DNA of 64,000 nt from positions 112,840,001 through 112,904,000 of the forward strand of contig OZ024743.1 in NCBI GenBank assembly GCA_964016885.1, given 5' to 3'. A model generated the notes under the pieces. That model made no database searches. It saw only the letters and a program-made list of their open reading frames with translations, and was not told the DNA's origin. The DNA comes from Eledone cirrhosa. Lineage: Eukaryota. Below, one piece after another: positions 1 to 14,637 of this stretch (position 1 is its first letter; each line of letters starts with the position of its first letter). The translations under genes were made by a program, and so were the position numbers.

Positions 1-300
1 TCGCAAGATATAAAAGAAATAAGGAACTACCTGCATTTGAACATTTTGAACATACATCGGATTCGGTTAAAGTCAAACTATATCAGGTTCACATTCAAAA
101 CTTCGTTTATTTATTTATTTATTTATTTATTTATTTCAATTTCCCCCCATTTCATTTCTTATCACTATATCTATATTTGTACATATATATATCTTTATAT
201 ATATATATATATATCTTATATATATATATATACGTAAAAAAAGATATATATATATATATATATGTGTGTCTGTATGTATATATATATATATGCATATATA

Positions 301-360
<60 letters not shown>

Positions 361-477
361 CATACACATACACAGATATAGATATAGATAAATAGATATA
401 TAAACATATCTATATACATTTATGTACAAGTGCACGCACAGCTACACAAATCTACACACACACATACATACATACAT

Positions 478-508
<31 letters not shown>

Positions 509-930
509 GACACACACTCATTCGTTTTCTGTCTTTTTCACTACATTTCCTATAACTGATTTTTTTTTTTTTTCCTTTCTGAAAGTCACTATTAGAGTTT
601 TCAATAAATGTCAAATAGTGTTTTGCTCTCCCTCAAAACTTTATGCTGTTTTGCAAAAACGAAAACATAATAATAAATAAAATTATAATAGTAATAATTT
701 TAAGATAAAAATAAAAAAAAATTGCGTTTTGCAATATATATATATAGAAAATATATATAGAAAAAATAATGAATTATATATTTTATAGATTTTTCATTTA
801 TAAATCTTTTCAAACTGCTTTTTTTTAAGTTATTTTTATATATGTATATATGTATATGTCTATATGTGTATATGTGCATGTAAATACATCCATGTAATCA
901 TATACATGTATATGTGTTTCTGTAAGTGTG

Positions 931-1032
<102 letters not shown>

Positions 1033-1926
1033 AAAATTCATATATTTCATATATATGTGTATATTTATATATATACGTACATATATATATTACATATATT
1101 TCATTTGTATATGTGACTTTATATATATGCATATATATACGTATATATATGTGTGTATATATATGTGTATGTGTGTGTGCGCGCGCGTGTGTATCAGTGT
1201 GTGTGTGCGCGCGTGTGTCAGTGTGTGTGTGCGCACGTGTGTGTGTGCGCACGTGTGTGTGTGCGCACGTGTGTGTTTGTGTGTGTGCATATATATATAT
1301 ATATATATACCTACATATGCATACAAACATATCTGCACGGGGACACACGCACACACACAGACACACACACATACATATACACACGCCCATTACTACATAC
1401 ATAGATGAACGCTCGCATTACTAAAAGAGACATATATGACAGTCAAGTGCATCGAATTTCTCTCTTTCCCCTCTCTCTCACTCTCTCTTCTTCCGTCCCC
1501 TCACTCTCCACTCTCTCTCTTTCTTTCACCCACACAAACTCTCCCCCCCCTCTCGCTCTCTCTTTCTCTCTCTCTCTCTCTCTAGCTCTCTTTTCACTTC
1601 TCTTCTCTAATCGTTACTTAGTTGTGTCGAGTGAAACTTCACCCAGTTAGCTGCACAAAGCTCAATTTATCAACATGTTTTTCAGAAAACGCCATGGCGT
1701 AGAAACTTCAATATCATAACTGTCAGAAATCAATTTATTATAAGGAATATTGCAAAATTGCATGAGAATTTGCCAGCACTACATTTCGACACGAATGTAA
1801 CAAAATGAGCGTTCATACGTATACCATTTTAGATGTCAATGCATAATGATAGACAACCTGTTTTTGTATAGAAGGAAAAACATACGGATAGTGAAAATGT
1901 TCGCATAAGTAGCTAGCATTCACAGA

Positions 1927-2061
1927 TATGTTTCTTTATTAGCCACAGGGGCACAAAAGAAGGGGACAAATACACAGGGGGAAGTTTACATACAATAAAA
2001 ACGTGTAAAATGTTATCACAAATGTAATTTAAAAAGTTAGTCGATTCCCCCCCCCCCCCAC

Positions 2062-2132
<71 letters not shown>

Positions 2133-2233
2133 GTGAGAGGGGGCGTAGATAGATAGATTGATAGATATGTTTCTTTATTAGCCACAGTGGCACAAAAGAA
2201 GGGGACAAACACAAAGGGGGAAGTTTACATACA
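1927..2233 (-). mobile_element. Two short 3'-UTR stubs of the Tx1-like LINE (1927-2047, 2166-2233) separated by (GATA)n
   Basis: Both carry the tail seen in longer copies (+ strand 'tttctttattagccacag..gcacaaaagaaggggacaaa', with AATAAA on the minus strand). Confidence 0.8.
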
Positions 2234-2304
2234 TAGATAGATAGACAAACTGACAGACAGACAGACAGATAGATAGAGAGAGAGAGATAAATAGATAGTA
2301 GATA

Positions 2305-5015
2305 AATTTCTTTATTAGCCACAAGGGCACAAAAGAAGGGGACAAATACAAATGGGGCGTTTACATACAGGTATATGAAAATAAAACTAATAATAAAATA
2401 ACAAATAAAAATTGATATCCCCAAAAGGGGGGAGGCGTTACACACCTCATCTCCAGGAGCACCAAGAGTGAGTACTCCCTTCCTCTCTTCCTCTTTTTCC
2501 TCAACCTACAGGCTTATATAGAGAGAAGGCCCAACCACTCGGACCATCTTTGCCACATTCACCCACCTTTTATAAAATTTTCTGGGGTACAGCACCTCTC
2601 TCTCCATCCTGATTCTTCTTCCAAAATGATATATGAAAAAACGAATCAGTTGCTCGCCGGAGAGAAAGGTGTCTGACCTTAGCCCTTTTAACCTCGTCCA
2701 CCATATAACCTCTTTCACCATAGCCATAACACATAGGAAAACTGCCTCTCCCTCGTTTTTGAAGGAGAGTGGCGGTTTGATCATGACAATGGACTCGGTG
2801 GTCAACTGGATTGGTCCCACCCGCGACAATAGTCGTTCTACATAGCCCCACAGGTCGGTAACGCCCGGGCAGTGTACAAATGCGTGTGCGACGGTTTCCT
2901 CGTCGCGCACGCATCTCGGACAGATCTTTTTCGAAGGGTCCCTACCCGGGCGCCCGTTTCTGTAGAGCTTGTCTCGAACTGGTAGAGCTCCTCGGTAGCA
3001 CTGCCAGGCTAGAGTTTCTCCGAGCATGTCGTCGCACTTGATGCGGACCAACCCTCTATAGAATGACGAAGTGGAGTCTCCACTGATCGCCGAGTCCGCC
3101 TGCCAGAGGGCTGTGAACGCCTGAGCACATTCGATCTGCCAGTCGCCCATTTTCCTCGGTCTTTGCTTGACCCAGGACTGCAGCGAGACGAGTCGTGGGA
3201 AGGCTCACCTCACGAACGGGGCCCACACTGGTTGTCCGGTGAGGAATACGTAGAGATGCCGCAGCCTGAGCGCGTGTTTGCGCATCGTCAACCACGGCAT
3301 CCCCAGCCCTCCGTTTGAAGGGTGTTGGCAGCAGATGGATCTTCTTACCAAAGGAGCCCGTTTCTTCCAAAGGAATTGGAAGAGCGCGCGCTCCATTTTG
3401 GTGAGCGTTTTGGCTGGACAAGGCATGACGGTCAAGCGGTAGTAGATGACGGACGCTACAAAAGTGTTCGCCACCTCCGCTCGACCTTTCAATGATAGTT
3501 TGCACTCGGCCCACTTCTGGGTGAGCGCAAACACCTTTGCCGTCACCTCGTTCCAGTCCTTCTCCACCTGGAGGTCCGGACCAAACCAGACCCCGAGCAG
3601 CTTTACCGGTCTTTCTGTCCAGCGTCCGACGAAGTCACCGGAAGGCATCGATTTGCCTCTCTACGTTCCGAGTTGCAAACCGACCCATTTGTCCCGGTTC
3701 AGCTTCGCTCCTGTGAACCTTTCGTATTCCTCCAGTAAGGTGCCGATCTCTCCGATTTGCAAGGTGCTCGACACCATTACTGTCACGTCGTCGGCGTAGG
3801 CCGACGCCGCTTTCCGCAGTCCCGGTTCCAAAGTGATGCCCTGCAATAACTCCATCTTCCGCAGTAGTGGCTCGAGGGTCAGTACGTACAGAAGGGAGGA
3901 GAGAGGGCATCCCTGTCGGATGGATCGCGTGATATGGAACGGCTCCGAGAGGTAGCCGTTCACCGTAACCCTTGAGCAGATGTTGCTGCTGTGCATTGCA
4001 GCAATCCAGCCCCTGAACACGGGTCCGAAGCCTGCCGCCTCGAGTACCGCATGCAGGTAACGATGGTCAACCCTATCGAAAGCCTTAGACTGATCCAAGT
4101 TGATCAGGGCCCCACCGAAGCCGGGTTTACACCCTACCCTCTCTATGATATATCGCATGAGGTGGAGGTTGTCGTGTATGGACCTGGTCGGGACTGCGCA
4201 TGTCTGCGCTTCTCCCACCAGGTTTTCCACGACAAGCGCCAGCCTCTTTGCCAACACCTTGGCCAAAATCTGTAACTCTGTGTTTAGCAGAGTTATGGGC
4301 CGGAAGTTGCCTATGTCATCCTCCTTGTTCTCGTCCTTCCTGACTAACGCGAATACGCCCTTGGTCACAGAACTGGGAATTCTCCCGTTCTGCTGCCAGT
4401 TGCAGTAGACTGCTGCCAGGAGACCGGAGAACAAGTCCGGCATTGCTACGTAAAATTCGTAGGGTAGACCGTCGAGACCTGGAGATTTGCGTTTGCCGCA
4501 TTGGCTCAGCGCGTCCTCTATCTCAGCGGCCGGAATCGCCTTTCGCAGAACTTCGCCTCGCTGTCCGAGAATCGCGGTAGGCCGTCGAGGTATGGACCGA
4601 AATCCATAGCCCCTCCCGGCGCGCCGCCCTGTCCAAACAGTTGAGCAAAGTGCCGCTGAAAGGCCGCGCTCATCTGCTTCGGCTCACGTATCACGCCCCC
4701 GTCTTGGTCCTTCAAAGAGCGAATCGTGGCCTTGTTGCCACTTTTCGCTTCCGTCACTCGGGCCCAGCTAACAGCTTTGGCTCCCTCGTTTCCCAGATCA
4801 CGTATTTTGCTTCTGACAACGCAGCCTTCATGCTTTGCGTCGAAGAACTGGTCCAAGGCCGTTCTCGTCGCTAGCACGCTGGCTACGTTGCCACTCCTAA
4901 GTGCCTCTTCTACTTTATCTACCAGTTCCTTTTCGGTCTTATTTCTATCTAACACTAATTCTTTACTAAAACATATCGAGTTTAATCTAACTGCCCCATT
5001 GAGAGAGTACCACAT
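2305..5015 (-). mobile_element. 5'-truncated Tx1/L1-clade non-LTR retrotransposon, frameshifted ORF2 (RT plus C-terminal Cys motif)
   Basis: ORF fragments 4518-5015, 3661-4443 (FRPITLLNTE, LDQSKAFDRVDH, RQGCPLS, YADDVTV), 3205-3648 (KLLGVWFG, GGLGMP) and 2506-3150 (CPRC..ETVAHAFVHC); 3' UTR with AATAAA abuts GATA repeats. Confidence 0.93.
3661..4443 (-). pseudogene. Reverse transcriptase core of the Tx1-like LINE ORF2
   Basis: Motifs FRPITLLN, DQSKAFDRVDH, QGCPLS, YADD; bounded by stops and frameshifts. Confidence 0.9.
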
Positions 5016-5031
5016 AAATAGATAGATAGAT

Positions 5032-6195
5032 ATGTTTCTTTATTAGCCACAGGGGCACAAAAGAAGGGGACAAATACAAAGATAGATAGATAATTTTCTT
5101 TTTATTTGCCACCAGGGCATCAAAACGTGGGACAAGTACAATGGGGGGAGTTTACATAACAAGGCGTCCTCAATAAGGAGGAGGCAATAACAAAATAGAA
5201 AAATAAAATACAACATAACAAAATAAATTTTATAACAAAATCCTCAATAGGGAGGAGGCGCCTTGGGGGGTCACACACACCCCCGAAAAAAGTGTGCAAC
5301 CCTTCTCCTCGGGAGCACAGAGAGGGGGTTCTCCTTTGATCTTTCATCTTCCTCACCTATAGTCTGAAGGCCCATTCACACGGGACATTCTCGCCACTTT
5401 CACCCATCTTTCATAAAAACGGCTGGGGTGCAGCACCTCTCTCTCCATCCTGATCCTTCTTCCGAAATGATATCGGAAGAAACGGACTAGTTGTTGGCCA
5501 GAGAGAAAGGTGTCTGACCTCAGTCCTTTCAGACGCGTCCACCATACAACCTCTTTCGCCATGGCTATTACGCACAGAAACACCGCCTCTCCTTCGTTTT
5601 TGAAGAGGGGAGGCGGCTTGATCGTTACAATAGACTCGGTGGTCAACCGGATCGGTCCCACCCTTGACAGCAGTTGTTCGACATAGCCCCCACAGATCGG
5701 CAATGCCCGAGCAGTGTACCAATGCGTGTGCAACGGTTTCCTCGTCGCACACGCATCTGGGACAGATCTTTTTCGAGGGGTCCCTACCCGGGCGCCCGTG
5801 TCTGTAGAGCCTTTCTCGAACGGGCAGAGCCCTTCTGTAGCACTGCCAGGCCAGGGACCTCTGGAAGTTATCCATGGGTCCCGGGCTGAATGTCCTACCG
5901 AACAGGTTGGCCAGTTCGTCTTACTCCATGTCTAGGGCTTCTCCGAGGGCGTCGTCGCACCTGCTAACCACCAGCCCTCTATAGAATGACGAGGTGGATT
6001 CTCCACTGACAGCCGGGTCCGCCTGCCAGAGAGCCGTGAGCGCCTGGGCACACTCGGTGTGCCAGGCGCCCAGTTTTCTCGCTCTTTGCTTGACCCAGGA
6101 TTGCAGCTCGGTGAGTGAGACGAGTCTGGGAAAGGCTCGCCTCACAAACGGGGCCCACACCGGTTGACCGGTGAGGAATACCTAGAGGTGCCGTA
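5032..6195 (-). mobile_element. Tx1-like LINE 3' stub (5032-5080) plus a second 5'-truncated copy (5092-6195)
   Basis: ORF2 C-terminal homology (WQCYRRALPVR, CPRC..ETVAHALVHC) in ORFs 5353-6160; GATA repeats at both ends. Confidence 0.9.
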
Positions 6196-6268
6196 AGATA
6201 GATAGATAAATAGATAGATAGATAGATAGATGATAGATAGATAGATAGAACAGGAAACAGCTGTAAAT

Positions 6269-6315
<47 letters not shown>

Positions 6316-8841
6316 TTACACGCACATGTACATTTGCACTCATGTTCATACATATATATATATATAATACAATGATCCTATATATACACAGAAATCCATG
6401 CATAAAATAGATAACATCACACGTCACACATATCTACAGAGAGAGAGTATAACAGTGAGAGAGACAGTGAGAGTGAAGGGGAGGGAGAGAGGGACGAGAG
6501 AGATAAAAGGAGAGCGGGGTAATAGAGAATTCTCTTCAGAAACTTGACAGATTTTCATGAAGCACCACTGTCGGTAAGAAAACTTCAAAATGACAGAACA
6601 AGTCGTAAAATTGCTACGTGTTGGTGATTTGTCCAAGTAGAAGTTGGTTGCGTCTCGATTTTCACTTTGCCAAGCAATTAATATTCATCTTTTGTTTTTG
6701 TCATGTAATACTGTCGCTTCAGTGTTTAGACCAAACATTGACTTCCCCAAGTGAGCAAATAGAACTGCTACAGTTATCTTTGACAAGTTTTATAAATGTT
6801 TTCAATTATAGGAACATGAAAGAAGCAATTTGTTAGTTGTAATGTACAATATATGTCAAAGCCTGACTAGAACAAGTCTGTTGCGAAGCATATATCAAGA
6901 TATTGGCTACAGGGATTATGTTTAATCGAATAACTACAAACTCATAAGTATATAAATCTTGACCGAAGGCGACAAACACACGAACACATACATACATACA
7001 TACATACATACATACATACATACATACTTACATACATACATACATACATACATACATGCATGCATGCATATAAATATTTATGTGTGTATACATGTGTATG
7101 TATGTATATTGATGTTAGTTTTGGAAGAAAGAAGAAATAAGAACGAGCCAGTAACTAGTATGTCGTGTGAAGTTAATAACTAGATGTTGCCATAAAGAAA
7201 TGGAAGCTCCATCTTTAGAATTGTGCTTCATGAGATAGAGGTGTCGGTGGTGTTAAGAGTTTTGGTACATTTAGAGGGGTTTGTGAGACTGTTAATTGTT
7301 CCGTGTTTCACTGAAAATAATTAATAAAATGGCAAAAGGTATATTTTCTACAATTATGAAGCAGATTTGGGATGCATATTAGTAGCTATGTTTTTATTTG
7401 GATGGTCTGCATTAAGCCGTTATGACTTTGACCTTCACCAACCTAGTGAGACTGTTGAAATTGATGTCGTTAACCCTTCTGTTGAACAGGTGAAAGTCCC
7501 CGGCCAAATGTATAAAACATTTGCATAAAGACTGAATTCCAGAGGAAATTCGACATTTTCTGCTAAGGAGAGGGGGGTGATACCATGTATACGTGATAGT
7601 GATAAACAGAGAAAGAGAGACGAGTGAATTCAGAGTGTCTGAATGATAGAAACAATTCTTAGGTATTTCTTTATAGGAAGAGACTCTTCTTTTTATATAC
7701 ATTGAATAGTCCACTAAAAGCGGAATCATAGGAATAAAATTAACATTCATTTATTCATTCTCTAATAAATATCATTCTTAATTAAATATTCAACAGCGCT
7801 GTGTCTGTTTGATATTTGAAAATGTGAGAGTCCCGTCTGCAGCAAATAATCAGTAGATCACTATAAATAATAGTTGAGAAAATTGGATAAATTACTCTTA
7901 GAGATGGAAAGACGTTGACGGAGGTGTCTCTGTCCGCTTTTCCCGTATCTAAGAAAAATTTCCCCACTTTTCACAACTACTATATATAGTGACCGACTGT
8001 TATTGCAATTATTTTAAAATTATTTCTTCACGGTTTAACCTTTAAGGAGACGTAGCATCCTCTAAATCTCTGGATCTAGAAAACAAGGTTCTCACAAGTT
8101 TACTTGAAAACTACTAATTTTTCATATAAAAAATAAGTATTGTCTTGTTTTTTTGTTTGTTTTTTTGTTGAGGGAGGTGTTTTTGCTTTTTGTCAGTTTT
8201 TATTTATATTTTGTGAGTTTTTTTAACTGTTTACTTTGTTAATTAGAAATGCATTAAATACATTCTACTCTGTTTGCAAACCAAGTCTATTTCAGAAATT
8301 CAAGTAATTAATCCTCCTTTGTTCAATTATTTCGCTATTCCATTAATGTCCCATTCAACCTTTTGTTAGAGAGAGATCCTAATTATGTGTTACTATAACA
8401 GTTAATCCCAGTTGGTTCTAAGTAAGTTCTACATAATACTTTCATTGATGTAAACAGCGGCAAAATATTTAATTTGGAGGATTTAACCATATAGACTTAT
8501 GTGTCGAGAATATGTAATATACAATCATTTGAACTCTAATGCATTCTTTTCTAACGCTCTACAAAGTAATGTAGTGATCAAAGGTTTAGAGATTTAACCG
8601 AACTGTACCATCGTACAAGATACTACATTACTGAAGAAAATCCTATATGAAATAACTGATAAATCTCCCTCAAACCATGTACCCCATTGTCTTGAAAAAC
8701 ATTAGATTACACTGGATAATTTAGATTCAGATATATAGAAATCTAAATTGATAAAGGCTGGAACACCTTTAAATAAAAGTCTGTTCTATAAGGCATGGAA
8801 TATGGCTAACCAACAACAAACGCACTAATTTATTTACATTA

Positions 8842-9120
8842 CGAGGTCGATAAAATAAATTACCAGTAATGCACTGGGATAATTTCTGGCCTTGTGCCAA
8901 AAGTAGAAACAATTATTTTGTCTACAATGGTGGTGGATTGGCAGTATCGGTAAAGCATCAGACGCCGTGCTTTGCAGCATAGAGTTATGGCCCTTATGTT
9001 CTGAGTTCAAATCCCGCCGAGGTTAACTTTACCTTTCATCCTTACGGGTGTCGATAAATTAAAGTACCAGTAATGCACTGGAGTAATTACTGGCCTTGTG
9101 CCAAAAGTAAAAACAATTAT
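8842..9120 (+). mobile_element. tRNA-derived SINE family 1: 3' half plus a full copy
   Basis: A box TGGCAGTATCGG, B box GAGTTCAAATCCC, central CCTTTCATCCTTACGGG..TCGATAAA..AGTACCAG (Nin/Deu-like), tail AAACAATTAT. Confidence 0.85.
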
Positions 9121-10474
9121 GTTGTCTACATTACCAGATAAACATAAACATATCTGCGTTAAGAATATTTCTGAACGATATAGTGCCGTGTTGATGATCT
9201 TGTCAGTCGGTGTTATTTCTAAAGAATGTTACTCGAAAAGCTCACTTCACTAGGGAGGCTTCTGTTTTCTATTTATATTTTCTAGGAGCTACTACTTGTT
9301 AAACATTTAGTTCTTAAAACACAGGCAATTAATAGAATGACATGAACAGAATGCTAGAACGATGACGAAAGGAAATTACGAATTTCCACTCCCTTAGGTC
9401 CAAAACGAGCATAATTACACGAAAGATACCAACTATTCCTAGAAACAATGAAAACTAAAACAATTGCTCCGATGTTCAATTTCTAATTGTTAATATTGAT
9501 TTTTATAATGCGGTAGCTTATCTGAAAGTGTAGAATGTTGTAAAAAATCATTTTCTTCCTGATTTCAACTCAAGTCGAGTGGCTTTTTGCCTTTCATATT
9601 TCCGCATTGAATGACATAATACTGTTGGAGTCGTAATCCGCCTTGGGCATTTTAAACAAAGCAGAACACACTCCTCTGTTCAGGTCAGAACATAGTCAGT
9701 TTCTTTCAGGGCAAAAATAGAGAGAAATTGAGAGAGAGGAAGTAAGAAAAGGATACAGAGGAAGAATCGGACCCACTACTGGAATGGTACACTTGTATTG
9801 ACCTCAAAAAGATGAATGAAAAAGTTGACCGCAGCTGGTTTTGAGCTCATTGCGCAGAGAGCCGGAACGAATTTGATTAGTGCAGTCTCAGCCAGGGGCA
9901 AGTGGACTTCACAGGCTGTCTGTGGCTATATGAGATAGGATGGGACCCAACAGAAGATCTCATTTCCAGGCTTTGATGCGAGATAGGTGTTACTGGGAAA
10001 ATAAGAGATAGTTGTTGCTTTTGGTTCTCTCATTAATCCGGTCGAATGTTGGTTCATAGTAATTTTCCGTCAAGTGTTAGCGGTGTCCAACAGTTGGGGT
10101 ATTTCCTGGTGTAGTTTGCCTTACTTCATCAGATTTATCGGATTGTATCAAAAAGCACTGAATGTGGGGAGCTAAATACATTCGGTAGACAAAGTTAGCA
10201 GTAAACAAATGTGGCTGAATTGAACTCCTACTGCCCGTATAGTGTTGTTGGGTGAGGTGGTGGGGTACTGTTAGCCGGAGAGAACAACTAAGGTTAGTAG
10301 TATTCTGGGTGGTAGTTAAGTGGACAACTCCCTACACCTCTGCGTCTGCCAGGAGCTGTCGGGAGCTTCTGAAGGTTAGAAGGGAGCGGACGACCAAAGC
10401 AAAAGCATATATTTTTTTAGTCCGCTCCCTTCCAGTCATAATTGCCTCGGAAACTTTACCTTTCACTCAATTTT

Positions 10475-10525
10475 GCTCTCTGATGAAATCACGATATCGA
10501 TCGTCATTGAAATATTTATTACGGC
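10475..10525 (+). ncRNA. Type I hammerhead ribozyme motif
   Basis: gcucu CUGAUGA [aauc-acgau-aucg-aucgu-cauu] GAAA uauuua UU acggc; stem I has 1 mismatch; AATAAA follows. Confidence 0.6.
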
Positions 10526-10574
10526 TCAATTAATAAAGGACTCTTTAACACCTATAATTTCGCATTTTCCTCAT

Positions 10575-10673
<99 letters not shown>

Positions 10674-10686
10674 AATTGACTCCGTT

Positions 10687-10736
<50 letters not shown>

Positions 10737-11257
10737 TATATATATGGAACGGAGTCAATTCCTTTAGCCACACTTTGAATTTGCCCGCCCAAAACCCTAA
10801 AATTAGTAGTTTTCAAGTAAACTTGTGAGAAACTTATTATCTAGATCCGGTGACTTATAGGATGCTACATCTCCTTAAAGGTTAAACTGTGAAGAAATAA
10901 TTTTTAAATAATTGCAATTACAGTCGGTCACTATATATAGTACAGCTACAACCGAACTTTGAGTATATATATATACTCAGAGTATATATATATAGAGAGA
11001 GAGAGAGAAAATACATATATAATTATAAGTGGAAGACGCGCAAATATACAAAAAAAAAACTCGTTTTTCTTCATAGTGCCGACTTCGCAGTTTAACCGAC
11101 TGGTTTGTGCAGTAAAGGTGCACTATATCTATCTATCTGTGTGTGTGTGTGTATGTGTGTGTGTGTGTACGCGCCATCACGCCAGATTTAGATTTCTCTG
11201 TTCTCATATTTTCGTCTCCATGGACACTTTGCTCCAATTTTCAACTATTATTTATAG

Positions 11258-11446
11258 ACGGTGGATTGGCAGTATCGGTAGACGGTCGGACGCCATGCTT
11301 TCCAGCATAGTTACGTCCCTTTACGATCTGAGTTCAAATCCCGCCTAGGTTGACTTTGCCTTTCATCCTTACGGGGTCGATAAAATAAAGTACCAGTAAT
11401 GCACTGGGTAATTGCTGGCCTTGTGCCAAAAGTAGAAACAATTATT
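11258..11446 (+). mobile_element. tRNA-derived SINE family 1
   Basis: Same A/B boxes, Nin/Deu-like domain and tail. Confidence 0.88.
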
Positions 11447-11784
11447 TATAGAGATTATCTATTATGGTCATTTGCATAGAGACACACAGATTTCAAATTG
11501 TTAAATTTACCAATACTAATTAAGTCAAAATCTTTTTAAAAGACGGACTTTGTGCCCAACAATTCTTTAATGAAGATTTAACGTACTCACCTCATTCTTT
11601 ACGTCTCTAGGGACTCTTTGCCTAGCTTTCTCAACCATTTTTGATAGTGATTGAATATCATTATGCTTACTTGCATTGGGACGCACACATTTTAAATTTC
11701 ACTTATATATATATAACTGTACCGATTGTGTTGTTGTTTCTGTTTACCTTTTACATACATATATATATATATAAATGTATATAT

Positions 11785-11853
<69 letters not shown>

Positions 11854-11929
11854 CATATATATATACATGTATATATATATATACATATATATATATATAC
11901 ATTTATATATATATATATATATATATATA

Positions 11930-13275
11930 TCATCCCCCACGCCGACGGCCTTCGCGCCCTCAAACACTACCTCGACCTTCGCCCCTCCCCCATTCCCTCC
12001 ACCCCCACCCTCCTTCGCCTCGCCGAGCTGGTCCTCACCCTAAATTGTTTCTCCTTCTCGGGTGAGTTTTACCAACAGGTCACGGGGGTAGCCATGGGCA
12101 CAAGAATGGGCCCGAACTATGCCAACCTTTTTGTTGGCCATGTTGAGGCCCAAATCTTTGCCCAGTACACCGGCCCCACGCCCGAACTGTACGGTCGTTA
12201 CATTGACGACTGTATCGGAGCCACGACCCTCACCCGAGTACAGCTCGACTCCTTTCTCTCCTTCTTCTGCTCCTTCCACCCCTCCCTCCACTTCACCACC
12301 TCTATCTCCACCACCCACGTCCACTTCTTGGACATCTCCGTCGCCTTCGACCCCTCCCACCACTCCCTCGTCACCTCCGCCTTCTTCAAACCCACCGACT
12401 CCCACTCTTACCTCGACTTCACCTCTTCCCACCCCACCCACACTCAACTCTCCATTCCCTACTCCCAACTTCTCAGGATCCGCCGCCTCTGTAGCCGAGA
12501 TGCTGACTTCGAGTCCCAAGCCCTTTCCCTAGTCAGCCATTTCATCCGCAGAGGTTACCCCCCCCCTCTCTCGTCCACACCGCTCTCACCCGCGCCCGTG
12601 CTATCCCCCGCTCTACCACCCTCACCCCACGCCACCGCACACCCCCCCACCGTCTCCCCTTCCCCATCACCTACCCCCCCCCCCCCACCTTACCCCTCCA
12701 CCGCACCATCCGCCGCCTCTTCCGACACCTCCAGTCCGACCCCTCCACCTCCCACATCTTCCCAACCCCACCACACCCCTCCTTCATACGCGCACGCAAT
12801 CTCCGCACCCTCCTCGTCCACAACTCCCTACCCCCCAACCCACGCTCCGTTTCCCCCCCGGTTCCTTCCCCTGTTCTAGGCCCCGCTGCAACACCTGTCC
12901 CCACATCACCAACACCACCACCCCAGGGTCCCAACGGCCACCCTCTCTCGGTCCGGCATGCCTTCCGCTGCACCTCCTCCAACCTAGTCTACGGACTTCG
13001 TTGCACGAGGTGCAGCGCGACTTATGTCGGACAGACGGGACGCCGCCTGGCGGACCGAGTCACGGAGCACCTCCGGGACATTCGTCTCGGGGGCAGTTCC
13101 CCCGTCGCCCGCCACTTTGGTGGCCCTGGACACTCCGCACACCATCTCACAGTCTGTGGCCTACTCCAGTGCCACGAAACACCCGCCCATCGCCTCACGG
13201 TCGAACAACGTACTATCTTCATCTTACAGACCCACACCCCCCCGGCCTGAACTCCCCACCCTTATTCCTTTAGCG
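11930..13275 (+). pseudogene. PLE ORF remnant (RT, then GIY-YIG endonuclease), frameshifted in C-runs
   Basis: The real part of ORF 11641-12879 begins at IPHADG; the endonuclease domain lies downstream of frameshifts. Confidence 0.88.
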
Positions 13276-13739
13276 TTCGACCGCCCCCTCCCCCACTTAT
13301 CCCCCACTAACACACCCCTCCTTTTCACCGCTCACCCCACACTAACAATACTAACACCCCCACTCCACCCCTCATCTAACCACCCTTCCCCAACTAACAT
13401 ACTAACATCCCTTCCCTCCCCTCTTCTCCTCCTCCCCCCTCCTTATCACACGCACACACTTACACCACCCACCCCACACGCAACTAACATCACTAACACC
13501 CTCCAACCCCACGCACACGTACCCACACACCCTCGTACACCACCAACTCTACACACCCTACCCCCACTAACCCCCACTCACACCTGCATTCCACCCCTCC
13601 CCACCTCCCGTCTACTAACACCCACTAACACCTCCTCACCAAACTACACACACACCAGTACACCACACTCCCTCCATAGAACCACACACACCCTTCTCTC
13701 CCCACTCCACACTCACTCATCCCACTAACACCCCTACTA

Positions 13740-13802
<63 letters not shown>

Positions 13803-14637
13803 CCTCACTCCAACTCTCACACCTACCCATCCTCGCCGCCCTACCATTCCGCTGACTGCTGCTATGCCCTTCCGACCACTGTCTCACCACCCACTGACCA
13901 CAGCACTCCCACTGCTGACCACTTCCTGTTGCGCGCGCACCCCACATCTCTCCTCTTCCGACCACCGCTTCTTGGATTACCCACACGCGTTTTGACTTCC
14001 AACCAAAATCTCCATACATCCGTGTAACTTACCACTTTTCAACCATCCTCTAACACCATCACCTATATAACTCACCCACACACACATCCCAAAACAAATT
14101 TTTTTATCCACACGCCACCCACACCCACAACACGCTTAAACCACACACACGTGCTTCCCACCACATATTTACACCCTCAGCCCCCTGATTCCTCTCCCCC
14201 CACCCCCTATCCACACACGCACAGACCCTCCGACACACAAAAACACCCCCCACACACACCTTCCTGAACATGCAACCCCGTTCTTCCCCCAACCCTCACT
14301 TTCACATACACACACACACACACACACGCACACCTAACCACACACACCACCTTCAGCCCTCCCCGCTCGGACACCCCGTCTCCCTCTCCCCACTCCACCC
14401 GCCTCCACCTCTACTCACCCCACACCCTTCCACCACCTGTTTAACCCCCTTTTAATTTCAGTTTATTTTGATAATGCCTTTATTTTTAAATGTTCTCATT
14501 CCTTGTATTTTGATCATGCTTTATTTTTATTTATTATTTATTATATTTTTGTCTTTATTTGTTAATTTTTCATTCGCACCGTTTCCTTTCGCTATATGTC
14601 TCTCCACCACTCCCCTACACACCTTTTGAACTCTTAC

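Larger units (their letters stand above)
7978..10942. repeat. ~145-bp imperfect inverted repeats (7978-8121 and 10799-10942) bracketing ~2.7 kb; possible non-autonomous TIR element
   Basis: 'tactatatatagtgaccgactg...ttgaaaactactaatttt' is mirrored by 'aaaattagtagttttcaag...cagtcggtcactatatatagta'. Confidence 0.75.

Noticed and set aside
7363-7489. Possible host exon (AG...CAG|GT; DLGCILVAMFLFGWSALSRYDF...)
   Set aside because: Weak polypyrimidine tract, no recognisable homology and no partner exons; needs RNA-seq.
7985-10933. CACTA transposon termini
   Set aside because: TAGTG and CACTA occur in the wrong orientation relative to the enclosed segment, and no 3-bp TSD is evident.
11641-11929. 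N-terminal part of the 412-aa ORF
   Set aside because: Read-through of (TA)n into a 5'-truncated PLE RT; not a real N-terminus.
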